Shown here: positions 43,999 through 54,300 of the stretch, one piece after another
Layout: each line of letters starts with the position of its first letter
Numbering within the stretch: position 1 is the first letter of the stretch
Assembly (NCBI GenBank): GCA_934635225.1
Contig: CAKTYZ010000014.1
Span: 25,597-89,596 of the forward strand
Origin: an uncultured Kiritimatiellota bacterium
GTDB lineage: Bacteria > Verrucomicrobiota > Kiritimatiellia > RFP12 > UBA1067
Direction of reading: 5' to 3'
DNA length: 64,000 nucleotides
Translations under genes and position numbers: made by a program
The notes under the pieces: model-generated
The model's database searches: none
Told to the model about the DNA's origin: nothing
What the model saw: the letters and a program-made list of their open reading frames with translations, nothing else

Positions 43999-44392
43999 GC
44001 GTCGGCGCGGGGCGCGGCTGGAGATGACGTCGCTGATGGACGTCATGTTCCTTGTGCTGGTCTTCTTCATCTACTGCATCTTCGACATGGCGGTGCACAA
44101 GGGACTCAAGGTCGATCTTCCGAACGCCGCAGGCGTGGACGAGCGGGGCGAGCGTCTCGTGCTGACGATCGGCGCGGACAACGCGTTGCAGCTCAACGGC
44201 GAGGCGATGCCGCGCGAACGGATCGTCTCGAAGGTGAAGGAGCTGTACGCCGCCGGCATGAAGTTCCCCGTCCTCATTTCGGGCGACCGCCGGTCGTCGC
44301 TTGGCGACGGCATCGAGATTCTGTCCGAACTGAAGGCGGCGGGCGTCGAGAAGGTCAGTTTCCAGGTGCGCAGGGAGAAGGCCCGCCCGTAA
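43985..44392 (+). CDS. exbD: ExbD/TolR biopolymer transport protein
   Basis: RLEMTSLMDVMFLVLVFFI N-terminal TM and a typical ExbD periplasmic domain (VLISGDRRSSLGDGIEILSELKAAG). Confidence 0.85.
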   Translation: MPKTKRRRGARLEMTSLMDVMFLVLVFFIYCIFDMAVHKGLKVDLPNAAGVDERGERLVLTIGADNALQLNGEAMPRERIVSKVKELYAAGMKFPVLISGDRRSSLGDGIEILSELKAAGVEKVSFQVRREKARP

Positions 44393-44395
44393 GAG

Positions 44396-45109
44396 GTGCG
44401 AATCGACGTGCGGTTCTGTCTCGCCATTCTCCTGTCGCTTCTTCTTCACCTTCTGCTGGCTATTGCGCTTGCCGGTCTCCTCGCCGTCTTGCCGTCGCCC
44501 GATTCCCTCGTCCAGCTGGACCTTTCCAGCGTCGAGATGTCTTTTGCCGACGAAGAGGACGACGCGGCGGCCCTCCAGCCGCTTGTCTCCCCGGCCCTCG
44601 ATGCGCCTGCGCCGACCGTCGAGCCGCCTGCACTGGAACGCCCGCCCGAAGCCGAGCCGCTGTCGGAGCTGCCGCCCGAGATGGATGCGCTGAAGTTGCC
44701 GGACCCGGCAGAGGCGCGTCCGACGCTGAAGACCCCTGAACCGCCGCCAAAGCCCCGGGAGCCCGAGAGGCCCGTGCGTCCGCCGTCCGTCGCGACGTCC
44801 CCCGTGCCGACGGCGGCACCGCGTCAGGCGAGGGTTGACGCGCCGGCCAAGTTGCCCCAAAACTTCAAGATGCCGTATCCCGAGGGCGCGCGTCGCCGGA
44901 ATGAGCAGGGGCTGGTGTTGCTGGAGCTCGTCGTCAGCAAGCGCGGCGTGGTGGAGAAAGCCACGGTCGTCACGTCCAGCGGCTTTCCCGAACTTGACGC
45001 GGCCGCCCTCAAGAAAGCCCGTGCGCTGCGTCTCACGCCCGCACGTTCCGACGGAAAGCCCGTCTCCTCCACGACCCGTCTCCCGATCAACTTCAAGCTG
45101 ACGAACTGA
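44396..45109 (+). CDS. tonB: Energy transducer TonB
   Basis: TM with an S-x3-H motif (SLLLHLLL), a Pro-rich spacer (PEPPPKPREPERPVRPP), and C-terminal domain PYPEGARRRNEQGLVLLELVV..GFPELDAAALKA. The start is GTG 44396 or GTG 44408. Confidence 0.85.
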   Translation: MRIDVRFCLAILLSLLLHLLLAIALAGLLAVLPSPDSLVQLDLSSVEMSFADEEDDAAALQPLVSPALDAPAPTVEPPALERPPEAEPLSELPPEMDALKLPDPAEARPTLKTPEPPPKPREPERPVRPPSVATSPVPTAAPRQARVDAPAKLPQNFKMPYPEGARRRNEQGLVLLELVVSKRGVVEKATVVTSSGFPELDAAALKKARALRLTPARSDGKPVSSTTRLPINFKLTN

Positions 45110-45162
45110 TGGGCGGATTCCCGTATGAACCTTTGCGCGTTGACCGGCGTTTCATAAGACAA

Positions 45163-47349
45163 ATGAAAGCACTGCTCTTTTGCGCGTCGGCGCTGTCGGT
45201 CCTCGGCCTTGCGGCTGCGGAAAACGTGGGGACGAATCACGTCACGGACCTCGGTGTCGTCACGGTCGAGGCGAGTGCGCTGTCGAAGTACCGCCCCGAG
45301 ACGGTGACGGGCGGCACGTTCACGGGCGAGGCGCCCGAAAAGCTTCCGTGCGTGGTCGAGACGCTGACCGAAGACTTCATCCGCGAGAAGAACCCGACGG
45401 ACATGAACGACCTTCTGCGGCAGGTGCCGGGCATTGAGACGGGCGGGACCTCTCTTCTCGTGCGCCAGCCGGGACTCTTCTCCATTCGCGGCATGGGCGG
45501 CACGGAGCCGGCGTTTGACGGCGTCATCCCCGTCGGGCGCGGCGCGGGGCTGTTCATGGACCCGGCGATGATGGAGCGCGTCGAGATCGTGAAGGGGCCG
45601 ATCGCCTCGCTGTCGGGCGGCGCGGGCGCGCAGCAGAACAACAACGGCGCGGGCGGCTCGATCAACATGTACCTGAAAGGTGCGCATTTCCGTGAGAGCG
45701 CGGTGAGTTTTTCCGAACAGACGTCCGTCGGGCGCAACGTCTGGCGCCAGCGCGGCATGATCGACGCGAACGAGGTCGTTGTCGAGGACAAGTTCGCGGT
45801 TCGTCTGCCCGCCTCCTTCGACATCTATTCGCCCACCTACATCTCCAGCGGCTCGCAGGAGGGCGCGCGGCCGCGCGAGCAGTACACGCTCGCGCCGTCG
45901 GTCGTCTTCAGGCCGACGGACGACATGACGTTCGGGCTGAAGACGATGTTCGTCTCGTCCGACAGCCCCAGCTACATCGGCATCCCCGTCTGGCGCGGCA
46001 AGCCGGCGGGCGGCTACGGCTGGCACGAGTCCTCCTGCCGTCCCTCCGACCGATCGATCTACAAGGGGATGATGGTGAACCCCTACGTCGACTGGCAGGT
46101 CACGGACGACTGGCTGCTCAAGCTCGGCGGCGCGTTCATGTACTCGCACATGGAGCAGACGACGCGCGAGCCGTACCTGCCGTCCGAGCGGACGCCGAGA
46201 AACCCCGGCGGGGAGCTGCCGACGCCGCAGTATAACGCGGTCATGGAACACTTCTACGCGACGGGCGAATGGCTGACGGGGAAGAAGTACATGACCTCGT
46301 CGTTCTCCGAAAGCCGCATGTTCGGCCGCAGCTTCAATCTCTACGCGCGTTCGGTCTACACGAAAGACGAGCTGCCGTTCGGCTTCCGCAACGCGTTCCT
46401 CGTCCAGCCGGACTTCTACTACCGCGACTCGTCCAGCGGCTTCGGCACGCCGACCGCGCGCTACGGCGCGACCGTGCAGGACTCGGTCGGCTGGGGCTGG
46501 GTCACGCTCCTCGCCGGCCTACGCTACGACTACTTCGTCGAGAACGCCTCGACGCAGAAGACGCTCACGGGGACGGTCTTCTGCGACGGCGCAGAGGCTT
46601 TTGCCTTCTCGCCGCGCGGCGGCCTTACGGTCCAGCCGCTCGACTGGCTCGTCTTCTTCGGCAACGTCTCGCAGACGAAGACGCCGACTCTCGGGTGGCG
46701 CGATGCGGACGGGACGCGCCCGACGGACCCGTGGACGGCGACGCAGTGGGAATCGGGCGTGCGCGTCCGGCCCGTCGAGCGGCTTTGGCTCTCGGCCGCG
46801 TATTTCAACATCGAGCAGGAGAACACGCCGGTCGCCGAGACGACGGGCGGCGCGACGTTCTACCGCTTTGAGGGGCACAACCGCTCAAAGGGCGCGGAAC
46901 TCTCGCTGTCGGGCGACGTCACGGAGAACTGGACGGTGTTCGGCGCGTATGCGTACACGCGCTACGAGGACTGCACGAAGTCCGGGAAGGCGGGCTCGTT
47001 CGAGCGGACGCCGCGCCACGCCCTGACGCTCAGCACGTCCTACCGCCTGCACGGGTTCGACGCGGTCGAGGACATCGTCGTGGGCCTCGGCTACCGCTAC
47101 CGCTCGATGAGCTACGCGACGATGCGCGGCGAATACGTGAACGAGAACCTGCGCTTCGACCCGAGCCACGTCTTCGACGTGAACGTGTCCGTGCCGCTCT
47201 CGAAGTTCGGGTGGCGCGACGACTGGTTCCTGACGCTCGGCGTGCGCAATCTCTTCGACGAGCGGTATTTTGACACCTCGCGGCACTACTACGAGTGCTT
47301 CGCGGGCGATCCGCGCACGTTCGAGATAGGTCTTCGCGGGCGGTTCTGA
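45163..47349 (+). CDS. TonB-dependent outer-membrane receptor
   Basis: Signal peptide MKALLFCASALSVLGLAAA, plug motifs (DLGVVTVEA; VPGIETGG; FSIRGMGG; ERVEIVKGP) and a C-terminal ...FEIGLRGRF. Confidence 0.85.
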   Translation: MKALLFCASALSVLGLAAAENVGTNHVTDLGVVTVEASALSKYRPETVTGGTFTGEAPEKLPCVVETLTEDFIREKNPTDMNDLLRQVPGIETGGTSLLVRQPGLFSIRGMGGTEPAFDGVIPVGRGAGLFMDPAMMERVEIVKGPIASLSGGAGAQQNNNGAGGSINMYLKGAHFRESAVSFSEQTSVGRNVWRQRGMIDANEVVVEDKFAVRLPASFDIYSPTYISSGSQEGARPREQYTLAPSVVFRPTDDMTFGLKTMFVSSDSPSYIGIPVWRGKPAGGYGWHESSCRPSDRSIYKGMMVNPYVDWQVTDDWLLKLGGAFMYSHMEQTTREPYLPSERTPRNPGGELPTPQYNAVMEHFYATGEWLTGKKYMTSSFSESRMFGRSFNLYARSVYTKDELPFGFRNAFLVQPDFYYRDSSSGFGTPTARYGATVQDSVGWGWVTLLAGLRYDYFVENASTQKTLTGTVFCDGAEAFAFSPRGGLTVQPLDWLVFFGNVSQTKTPTLGWRDADGTRPTDPWTATQWESGVRVRPVERLWLSAAYFNIEQENTPVAETTGGATFYRFEGHNRSKGAELSLSGDVTENWTVFGAYAYTRYEDCTKSGKAGSFERTPRHALTLSTSYRLHGFDAVEDIVVGLGYRYRSMSYATMRGEYVNENLRFDPSHVFDVNVSVPLSKFGWRDDWFLTLGVRNLFDERYFDTSRHYYECFAGDPRTFEIGLRGRF

Positions 47350-47510
47350 CAATGCGCACAGCCGTGGGCGTGGGCCGCTTGTCCAGTGAACTCTTGATTT
47401 TGCAATGCATTTGACTGTATTTTACAAAAAGTTATCCGTCTCTCCGTCCGCAGAAAATGTTATCCTATTGGCATGCGATACCAGCATCCAGCGGAAGGAG
47501 ATTGGCGAAA

Positions 47511-48491
47511 ATGAAGCAGATTCTTTCAGCCCTTGTCTGCGGCGTGGCGGTTGCCGCCTCGGCGGAGGTCAAGGTCGGCATCATCGGGCTTGACACGAGC
47601 CATGTGATTGCGTTTACGAAGATCCTGAACGTCACGAAAGACCCGGGCGTTGCGGGCTTCCGCATGACACACGCCTACCAATGGGGCTCGAAGGACATCG
47701 CCTTCGCGACGAATCGCTATCCGAAATACATCGCGCAGATGAAGGAGATGGGTGTCATGATCGTTCCGACGATCGACGAGCTGATCGCGTCTGTGGACTG
47801 CATCTGCCTGGAGACGAACGACGGGCGCGAACATCTCTGGCAGGCGGAGAAGGTGTTCGCCTCCGGCAAGCCCTGCTTCATCGACAAGCCGCTCGCGCAC
47901 AACCTGCACGACGCGGTGCGGATCTACGACCTCGGCAAGCGGCTCGGCGCGAAGTATTTCTCGTCGTCGGCCCTTCGTTTCGGCAAGGTCGTCCAGGCCG
48001 CGCGCGCGGGCGAATACGGGCCGATCCGCACGGTCGCGCTGACGGCGCCTTCGCCGGACGAGGAGCAGGGCACGCACAACTACTACAGCTGGTACGGCAT
48101 CCACGGCTTCGAGCCGTATGTGACGGTCATGGGCACGGGTGCGGAGAAGGTGAGCTGCTTTCGGAGCGCGACAGACGATGTCGTGAACATCGCCTATCCG
48201 ACCGGGCGCATGGGCCAGCTTCATCTCCTGCGCGACGGCTGGACATACACGGGCTATGTCTTGCCCGAAAAGCCGAAGGACAAGAAGAACCCGGTCGTCG
48301 TTGCCGACGGGTATCCGGGTTACGAGCCGCTTCTCCGGGAGATCGTGGCGTTCTTCCGGACGGGCGTCGTGCCGTTTCCGCCGGAGGAAACGCTGGAGAT
48401 TTTCGCGCTCATGGAGGCGGCGGAGATGTCCGCGAAGCGCGGCGGCGCACCCGTCACGCTGGCGGAGGCCCTGTCCGCCGCGCGAAAGTGA
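47511..48491 (+). CDS. Gfo/Idh/MocA-family oxidoreductase with a Sec-type signal peptide
   Basis: MKQILSALVCGVAVAASA signal, KVGIIGLDTSH Rossmann start, and CFIDKPLA (EKP-type motif). SD ggaaggag. Confidence 0.8.
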   Translation: MKQILSALVCGVAVAASAEVKVGIIGLDTSHVIAFTKILNVTKDPGVAGFRMTHAYQWGSKDIAFATNRYPKYIAQMKEMGVMIVPTIDELIASVDCICLETNDGREHLWQAEKVFASGKPCFIDKPLAHNLHDAVRIYDLGKRLGAKYFSSSALRFGKVVQAARAGEYGPIRTVALTAPSPDEEQGTHNYYSWYGIHGFEPYVTVMGTGAEKVSCFRSATDDVVNIAYPTGRMGQLHLLRDGWTYTGYVLPEKPKDKKNPVVVADGYPGYEPLLREIVAFFRTGVVPFPPEETLEIFALMEAAEMSAKRGGAPVTLAEALSAARK

Positions 48492-48546
48492 CGGTTTGGC
48501 AGAGGACATCACGCAGAACAAGCATTATCACGAAAGGAACAAGACC

Positions 48547-49959
48547 ATGACAACGACAAAGGCACTCAACAGAAGGAATTTCATCAAGCTCGGCGGCGGG
48601 GCGTTTGCGCTGGCCTCGGCCCATACGCTTTTCGGCGCGGCGGTTCCGTCGAAGAAGCTGCGGCTCTGCGTGGTCGGGTGCGCGCGCACGGCGAACCGCG
48701 GCAACGGCTTCGTCGTTGACCCGAAGGGCTTTCGCGGGCGCGGCTTTCAGGTGATGAGCCGCTTTGCGGAACTGCCGAACTGCGTCGTGACGGTCCTGTG
48801 CGACATCGACTCGGCGGCGCTTGACGACGCGGCGCGCGTCCTGAAGGAGAAGACCGGCATTGAGCCGGCGAAGGTGAAGGACTTCCGCGAGGCGGTGCGC
48901 CGTGATGACGTGGACGCCGTGCTTGTCGCGACGCCGGACCATTCCCACTGCTACATTGGCGTCGAGGCGATGAAGGCCGGCAAGGCCCTTTACCTTGAAA
49001 AGCCGATCGGCATTTCCGCCGGCGAGGCCGAGATTCTTGCCGCCGTGCAGAAGAAGACGGGCGTGGTCTTCCAGCTCGGTACGCAGCGCCGCAGTTCCTA
49101 CGCGACGCAGCAGGCCGTCGCCTATGTCCACTCCGGCCAGATCGGCCGGCCGCACTGGGCGAAGGCGTGGTGTCTTTCGGACCGCCCGGCCTTGCGCGAC
49201 GTGAAGCCCGCGCCGATTCCCGCCTGGATGGGCGCGGACGGCTGGGATCTCTGGCAGTGCTGTGCGCCGCGTCGTGCCTACCGCTCGAACATCGTCCACT
49301 ACAACTGGCGCTTCTTCCGTGGCTACGGCACGGGCGACTTGCCGAACAACGGCCTTCATTTCGTCGATATCGCGCGCTGGGCGCTGGGGGCGGAGTGGCC
49401 GGAGCGCGTCTATGCGGGCGGCGGCCACCTCTTCTGCGAGGGCGAGGACTGGAACTGGGATGACACGCACATGCTGACGGTGCAGTTCCCCGGCACGAAG
49501 TATCTCACGTGGGAGGGCTGCTCGCATACGGGCGCGATGCCGTTCATGGACAAGTGGACGGGCTGTCTCGTCTACTGTGATGACGGGGTCGCGTTCTTCG
49601 GGCCGTTGGGCGAGTCGGCGATTTACGACCGCAAGGGCAAGAAGGTGATCAAGGCGTGGGCGGCGGCGGACACGGGCGATCAGGAGGGCGACAAGCGCTT
49701 CTCCGACCCGACCCGCGTCTGCGACATCTGCCATGTCCGGCGCTTCACGGATTGCGCGCTCGCGGGCGACCTCGACACGGCGCAGCCGATCGACGCGTCG
49801 CTCAAGTCGAACCTGCTCACCGAACTCGGCAACGTTTCGCTGCAGATTGGCGATGCCGTTCACGTCGATTCCGCCACCGGCAAGCTGAAGGACCCGAACG
49901 GCCCGGCGGCGAAGTTCTGGATGCCGAAATACGAATCGGGATGGGAACTGAAGGCATGA
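48547..49959 (+). CDS. Gfo/Idh/MocA-family oxidoreductase with a twin-arginine (Tat) signal
   Basis: N-terminus MTTTKALNRRNFIKLGGGAFALASA (RRxFIK Tat motif), LCVVGCA, and LYLEKPIG. Confidence 0.85.
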   Translation: MTTTKALNRRNFIKLGGGAFALASAHTLFGAAVPSKKLRLCVVGCARTANRGNGFVVDPKGFRGRGFQVMSRFAELPNCVVTVLCDIDSAALDDAARVLKEKTGIEPAKVKDFREAVRRDDVDAVLVATPDHSHCYIGVEAMKAGKALYLEKPIGISAGEAEILAAVQKKTGVVFQLGTQRRSSYATQQAVAYVHSGQIGRPHWAKAWCLSDRPALRDVKPAPIPAWMGADGWDLWQCCAPRRAYRSNIVHYNWRFFRGYGTGDLPNNGLHFVDIARWALGAEWPERVYAGGGHLFCEGEDWNWDDTHMLTVQFPGTKYLTWEGCSHTGAMPFMDKWTGCLVYCDDGVAFFGPLGESAIYDRKGKKVIKAWAAADTGDQEGDKRFSDPTRVCDICHVRRFTDCALAGDLDTAQPIDASLKSNLLTELGNVSLQIGDAVHVDSATGKLKDPNGPAAKFWMPKYESGWELKA

Positions 49960-51263
49960 CGACGCGACGCGACTTCCTTGGCTGTCTTGCGGCGGCGTCC
50001 TGTGCGGGCTGTCTGTCGAGGCGCGGCGTTTCGCCGCGTCGCCTTACGATTGCCGCGACGGACCTCGCTTTGGAGCGCGAGCCGCTTGTGCGTCCGTTCG
50101 GCTTCAAGGGCGGCTACCTGACGGAACTCTGGCAGTCGGTCGCCAAACTGACGAGCGCGTCCGGGATGTCGGGCATCGGACTCGGCACGCAGAGCGTCCT
50201 GTGGAGCGATGCGGCGATCTTTTCGAGCCGTTCCGAAGCGGCGGGCAACGAGCTTATGTTCGCGTTGACGCGCCAGGCCCTGAAGTTGGCGCACGGGCGT
50301 TCGTTCGAGACGCCCGTCGAGCTGCTGGACGCGCTCTACCCCGAAGTCCTCGCCTACGGGCGGCAGCTGTCGGGGCGCCCCAGCTTGCGTCCGACGTTCG
50401 CGCTCAACGCGCTTGTCGCAGTCGACAACGCCGCTTGGGTGCTTTATGCGCGTGAAAACGGCTTCACGACATTCGACGCGGCCGTGCCGCCGGAATGGCG
50501 TGCGGGCATCCCCGCTCGCCATGACCGATGCGCGATGATTCCGCTCATCACCTACGGGACGCCGCTCGACGAGGTGCGGCGGCTTGCGGCGGAGGGCTCT
50601 TTCTTCTTCAAGATCAAGATCGGCCAGCCCGGCTCGCAGGACGAGATGCTCGCGAAGGACTGTGCGCGCATTTCGGAACTGCACGCCATCCTGCGTGATG
50701 TGCGCACGCCCGATTCCGAGACGGGCAAGGCCTGTTACTACTTTGACGCGAACGGGCGCTATGCGCAGAAGGAGACGCTCCTGCGCTTCGCCGACCATCT
50801 CGCGAAGATTGGCGCGAAGGAGCAGACCGCGATTGTCGAGGAGCCGTTCGACGAGCTGAACGAGATCGATGTCCGGGACGTACCCCTGCGTCTCGCGGCG
50901 GACGAGTCGGCCCATACGGTCGCGGACGCGGAACGGCGGATGGACATGGGCTATCGCGCGATGGCCCTGAAGCCGATCGCGAAAACGCTGTCGATGTCGC
51001 TCAAGATCGCGGCGGCGGCGGCGCGGCGCGGCGTGCCGTGCTTCTGCGCCGACCTGACCGTCAATCCCGTGCTGGTCGAGTGGAACCGCGCGGTCGCGAC
51101 GCGCCTGCCGTCGTTCCCCGGGCTGGGGAGGCTGGGGCTTCTGGAGTCCAACGGTGCGCAGAACTACCGCAACTGGGCGAAGATGCGGCGCGACGTCCCT
51201 TCGGGCGGACTTTTCGCGCCGCTCCCGCGCTACGAGAGCCTTTTTGCAAAATCTGCAATTTGA
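49956..51263 (+). CDS. Enolase-superfamily (MR/MLE-type) enzyme with a Tat/lipobox-like N-terminus
   Basis: MTTRRDFLGCLAAASCAGC; FFFKIKIG (KxK), YYFDANGRY, AIVEEPF, LAADES, and ALKPIAKT. ATGA overlap with the previous gene. Confidence 0.7.
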   Translation: MTTRRDFLGCLAAASCAGCLSRRGVSPRRLTIAATDLALEREPLVRPFGFKGGYLTELWQSVAKLTSASGMSGIGLGTQSVLWSDAAIFSSRSEAAGNELMFALTRQALKLAHGRSFETPVELLDALYPEVLAYGRQLSGRPSLRPTFALNALVAVDNAAWVLYARENGFTTFDAAVPPEWRAGIPARHDRCAMIPLITYGTPLDEVRRLAAEGSFFFKIKIGQPGSQDEMLAKDCARISELHAILRDVRTPDSETGKACYYFDANGRYAQKETLLRFADHLAKIGAKEQTAIVEEPFDELNEIDVRDVPLRLAADESAHTVADAERRMDMGYRAMALKPIAKTLSMSLKIAAAAARRGVPCFCADLTVNPVLVEWNRAVATRLPSFPGLGRLGLLESNGAQNYRNWAKMRRDVPSGGLFAPLPRYESLFAKSAI

Positions 51264-51311
51264 GGTGCCTTGATTTGCAAGAGGTCGGGTTCTCCCGCCG
51301 GGGCATAAATA

Positions 51312-51320
51312 TGGTATTAT
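51312..51320 (+). promoter_or_regulatory. Extended -10-like box TGGTATTAT upstream of the giant beta-helix gene
   Basis: One mismatch to the recurrent 9-mer. SD aaaggagg precedes ATG 51359. Confidence 0.4.
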
Positions 51321-51358
51321 GTCAGTCGTCTAATCTTACCCCCAAAAGGAGGTCATAC

Positions 51359-54300
51359 ATGATGAATGCTCAAACGGTCTGTCTCGGTCGCCGTGTCATC
51401 GTCGGCCTTGCATTGTCGGTTGCGGCAACTGTCTCTGCCGCGCCGACGGAATATGTCTGGACGGGCGCGAAGGACGCCTATTGGACAAATGCCGCGAACT
51501 GGACGGTGGACGACGCCGTCGCGACGGATGTGCCGGGCGTGCGGTTCCTGACGAAGGGGCCGGACTGGAAGACCTTCACGAACCTGAACGCGACCGCGTC
51601 GTTCGGCGCGGTTGTCGACGGTGCGCCGACGACGATCAACCTTGACGGGCTTTTCTTCGTCTCGAACCTCGTCGTGAGGGCGGGTGCGCCGAAGTACACG
51701 TTCGGCGCGAATCTGCCCGGCGCGGATAAGCAGTTCCTCGGCATTGCGCACGAGGGCGGGCGCTTCACGGTCAAGACGGGCGCGGCCGCGCCGACGGTGA
51801 CGGGCGTCTACGGGCTTCTCTACTATCCGGGAATGCCGGAGTTGGAGGCTGACACGTACGGGACGCCCAACGAGGCGCGGTTCGTCAACGAGTCGGACGA
51901 GGAGCTTGTCCTTTCCAATTTTGGCTACAAGAGTCCGAACGCGTCGAGCGTCAACATGTGGTGCCGTTCCTTTGGCTTCGGCGGCACGGGCAAAGTCAAG
52001 ATCGACTCGTGGTCGCAATCGCAGAGCTGCGTGGGGCTGAACCTCTATCCGGAGGGAGACCAGCGCCTTTGCCTCGTCGGAACGACGGCAGCCCCCACGA
52101 TCAACCAGCTCGTGCGCCGCATCCAGGTCGGCGGCGGGCGCAAGGCGACGGTCGAAGTCCTCGAAAAGATGTTGGAATTGGGGCAGGGCTTAAAAGTGAA
52201 GTCGGAGAATAAGCCGTCGGGCGAAAATATACCCGTGATCAGTGTGCGGGATTCGGGGACGCGCCTCACGTTCACGGGCGCAGGCATCGTGGGCCTTCGT
52301 GGGCAGTCAAAGTCGCGGCCGAATGTTGATGGTCCAGGCTATATCCTTGCCGGTGCCAATATCGACGAGGGCGCTGAACTGGTGTTCGACTGCCTGGTCG
52401 ATGGACTTTCAGGCACGAAGACCTATCCCAACAGGAAGGATCAGGACGGCTTCTACTTCCATCGCGGCGCAGGGACGCTCTCGTTCACGTGCGTGACGAA
52501 TGCGTTTTCGGGCGGCATCGACCTGCTCAGCGTCGAAGAGGAGAACGCGACGCTCGCTTTCACCGACCCGGCGCAACTGGGTCCGGGCGCCATCCGCATC
52601 GGCAATGCGGGACGGTTGCTCTACACGGGAACGGAAGCGCTTGAATTCGTCAAAGATCTCGCAATCACCAACAAATCGGTTGAGCTGGACTTCGTTAAGA
52701 CCACGTCGGTCGCGCCGTCGGCGACGGTCGAGCAGGGCGGCGCGGGCGCGCTGACGGTGATGAGCCCCGTGGACGTCTCGGGTACGGACGGCACGGCCGT
52801 CCTGACGCTCGCGAACAGCACGGCTTCGGCGGCGACGTGGGCGGGCGTCCTCAAGGATGCGGCGGACAGCTCGACGCTCGCGCTCGCGAAGACCGGATCC
52901 GGCGCGTGGACGCTGACGGCGAAGAACACCTTTACGGGCGGCACGACCGTCTCGGCCGGCACGCTTGCCCTTGCGGCGGAGGCGGGCCTCGCCTCTCCGG
53001 TGACGATCAAGGGCGGCGCGACGTTTGCCCCCGCCAAGGGCGCGGACCTCACCTCGCCCGTGACGATCGAGGACGGCGGAACGCTCTTGATCGACGAATC
53101 TCAGACGCTGCCGTTTGCGGTCAAGGCGGCGTCCGGAATGGCCAAGCTTGAGCTTGCGCCTGGAATCCGCGTTGAGCTTCCGGTCTCTTCAGGCGCAGAA
53201 ACGGGCGCAAAGCTCGTGGTCTGCCTTGGAGAAGGCGCCCGCGTCAAGATGGCAGACGGCTTGACTCCGGATTGGCTGGGCCTTGCGTCGTCGCGCGGCC
53301 TGTTTGTGCCGATGACAACGGATCACGAGGGTTGGCTCATGTCTGCGGAGACCGAATGGCGGGGTGAGGACGGCGCGTCCTGGACGAAGGCCGCGAACTG
53401 GACGGCGGACGTGCCGACGACAAAGCGCGTCGGCTTCGTGAACCTCGTCGGGCAGACGGTCGAAGTGCCGGCAGACGCGACGGCGACCCCAGTCGGCACG
53501 GTGGAGCTTGAGGCGGGCACGGTGTCCGTGAAGGGAACGCTCCCGATTGCGATTCCGGAGAGCCACGAGCGCTTTGTCGTCGGCTCGCAGGGTGCGCTTC
53601 AGATTGACGGCGGCACGGTGACGGCCGCACACGCGAAGGGTGCGGACGACTACGCCCTTCATCTGGACGGCGGCACGCTTGCGCTCGCGGGCGCGGCCAC
53701 GCTCGACCTCACGGGCTCGAAGGGCCTTCTCGGCACGGGCTCGGTCACGGTCGATACGGCGGATGGCGCCGCGATTCAGGTCATGAAGGCCGACAAGCAA
53801 GAGGCCGTCTTCTCGACGGGCGACAGCGAGGGAACGCTGGAGATGACGGTCGGCCGCAAGCCGTTTAAGAGCCAAGCGACGGGCTACGTCTCGTTCGGCG
53901 ACAGCCAGAAGGGTACGTTCCGGCTGACGGTCGAGGACAAGGGAACGGGGAATCCGGGCGACTCGCTCTTCTTTCCCGCCAATCTGCATCCGCGCGGCGT
54001 GTATGCAGGCCGGCAGTCGGGTCGGACGGAGATCGTGTTGCAGAGCGGTTCGCTCCAGGGTGGCAACCAGGGCGTGACCGTCGCGACGGCGACAGCCGCC
54101 GACGCGGCGGTGACGGGGCGCGTCGTGGTCGCAGGCGGTCGCGTCTACGCCTCTTCGGGGTATGTGGGCTCTTCCTGGTCGGGCATCGGCTTCGGCGTCT
54201 CGAGCCAGGCGACTGATCCGGCGGCGGTGCGCGGCGAACTGCTGCTGGAGGCCGGAGAGGTCTCTGTCGTTGGAAAGTCTCCGTTGGGCTTCGGCATTGG

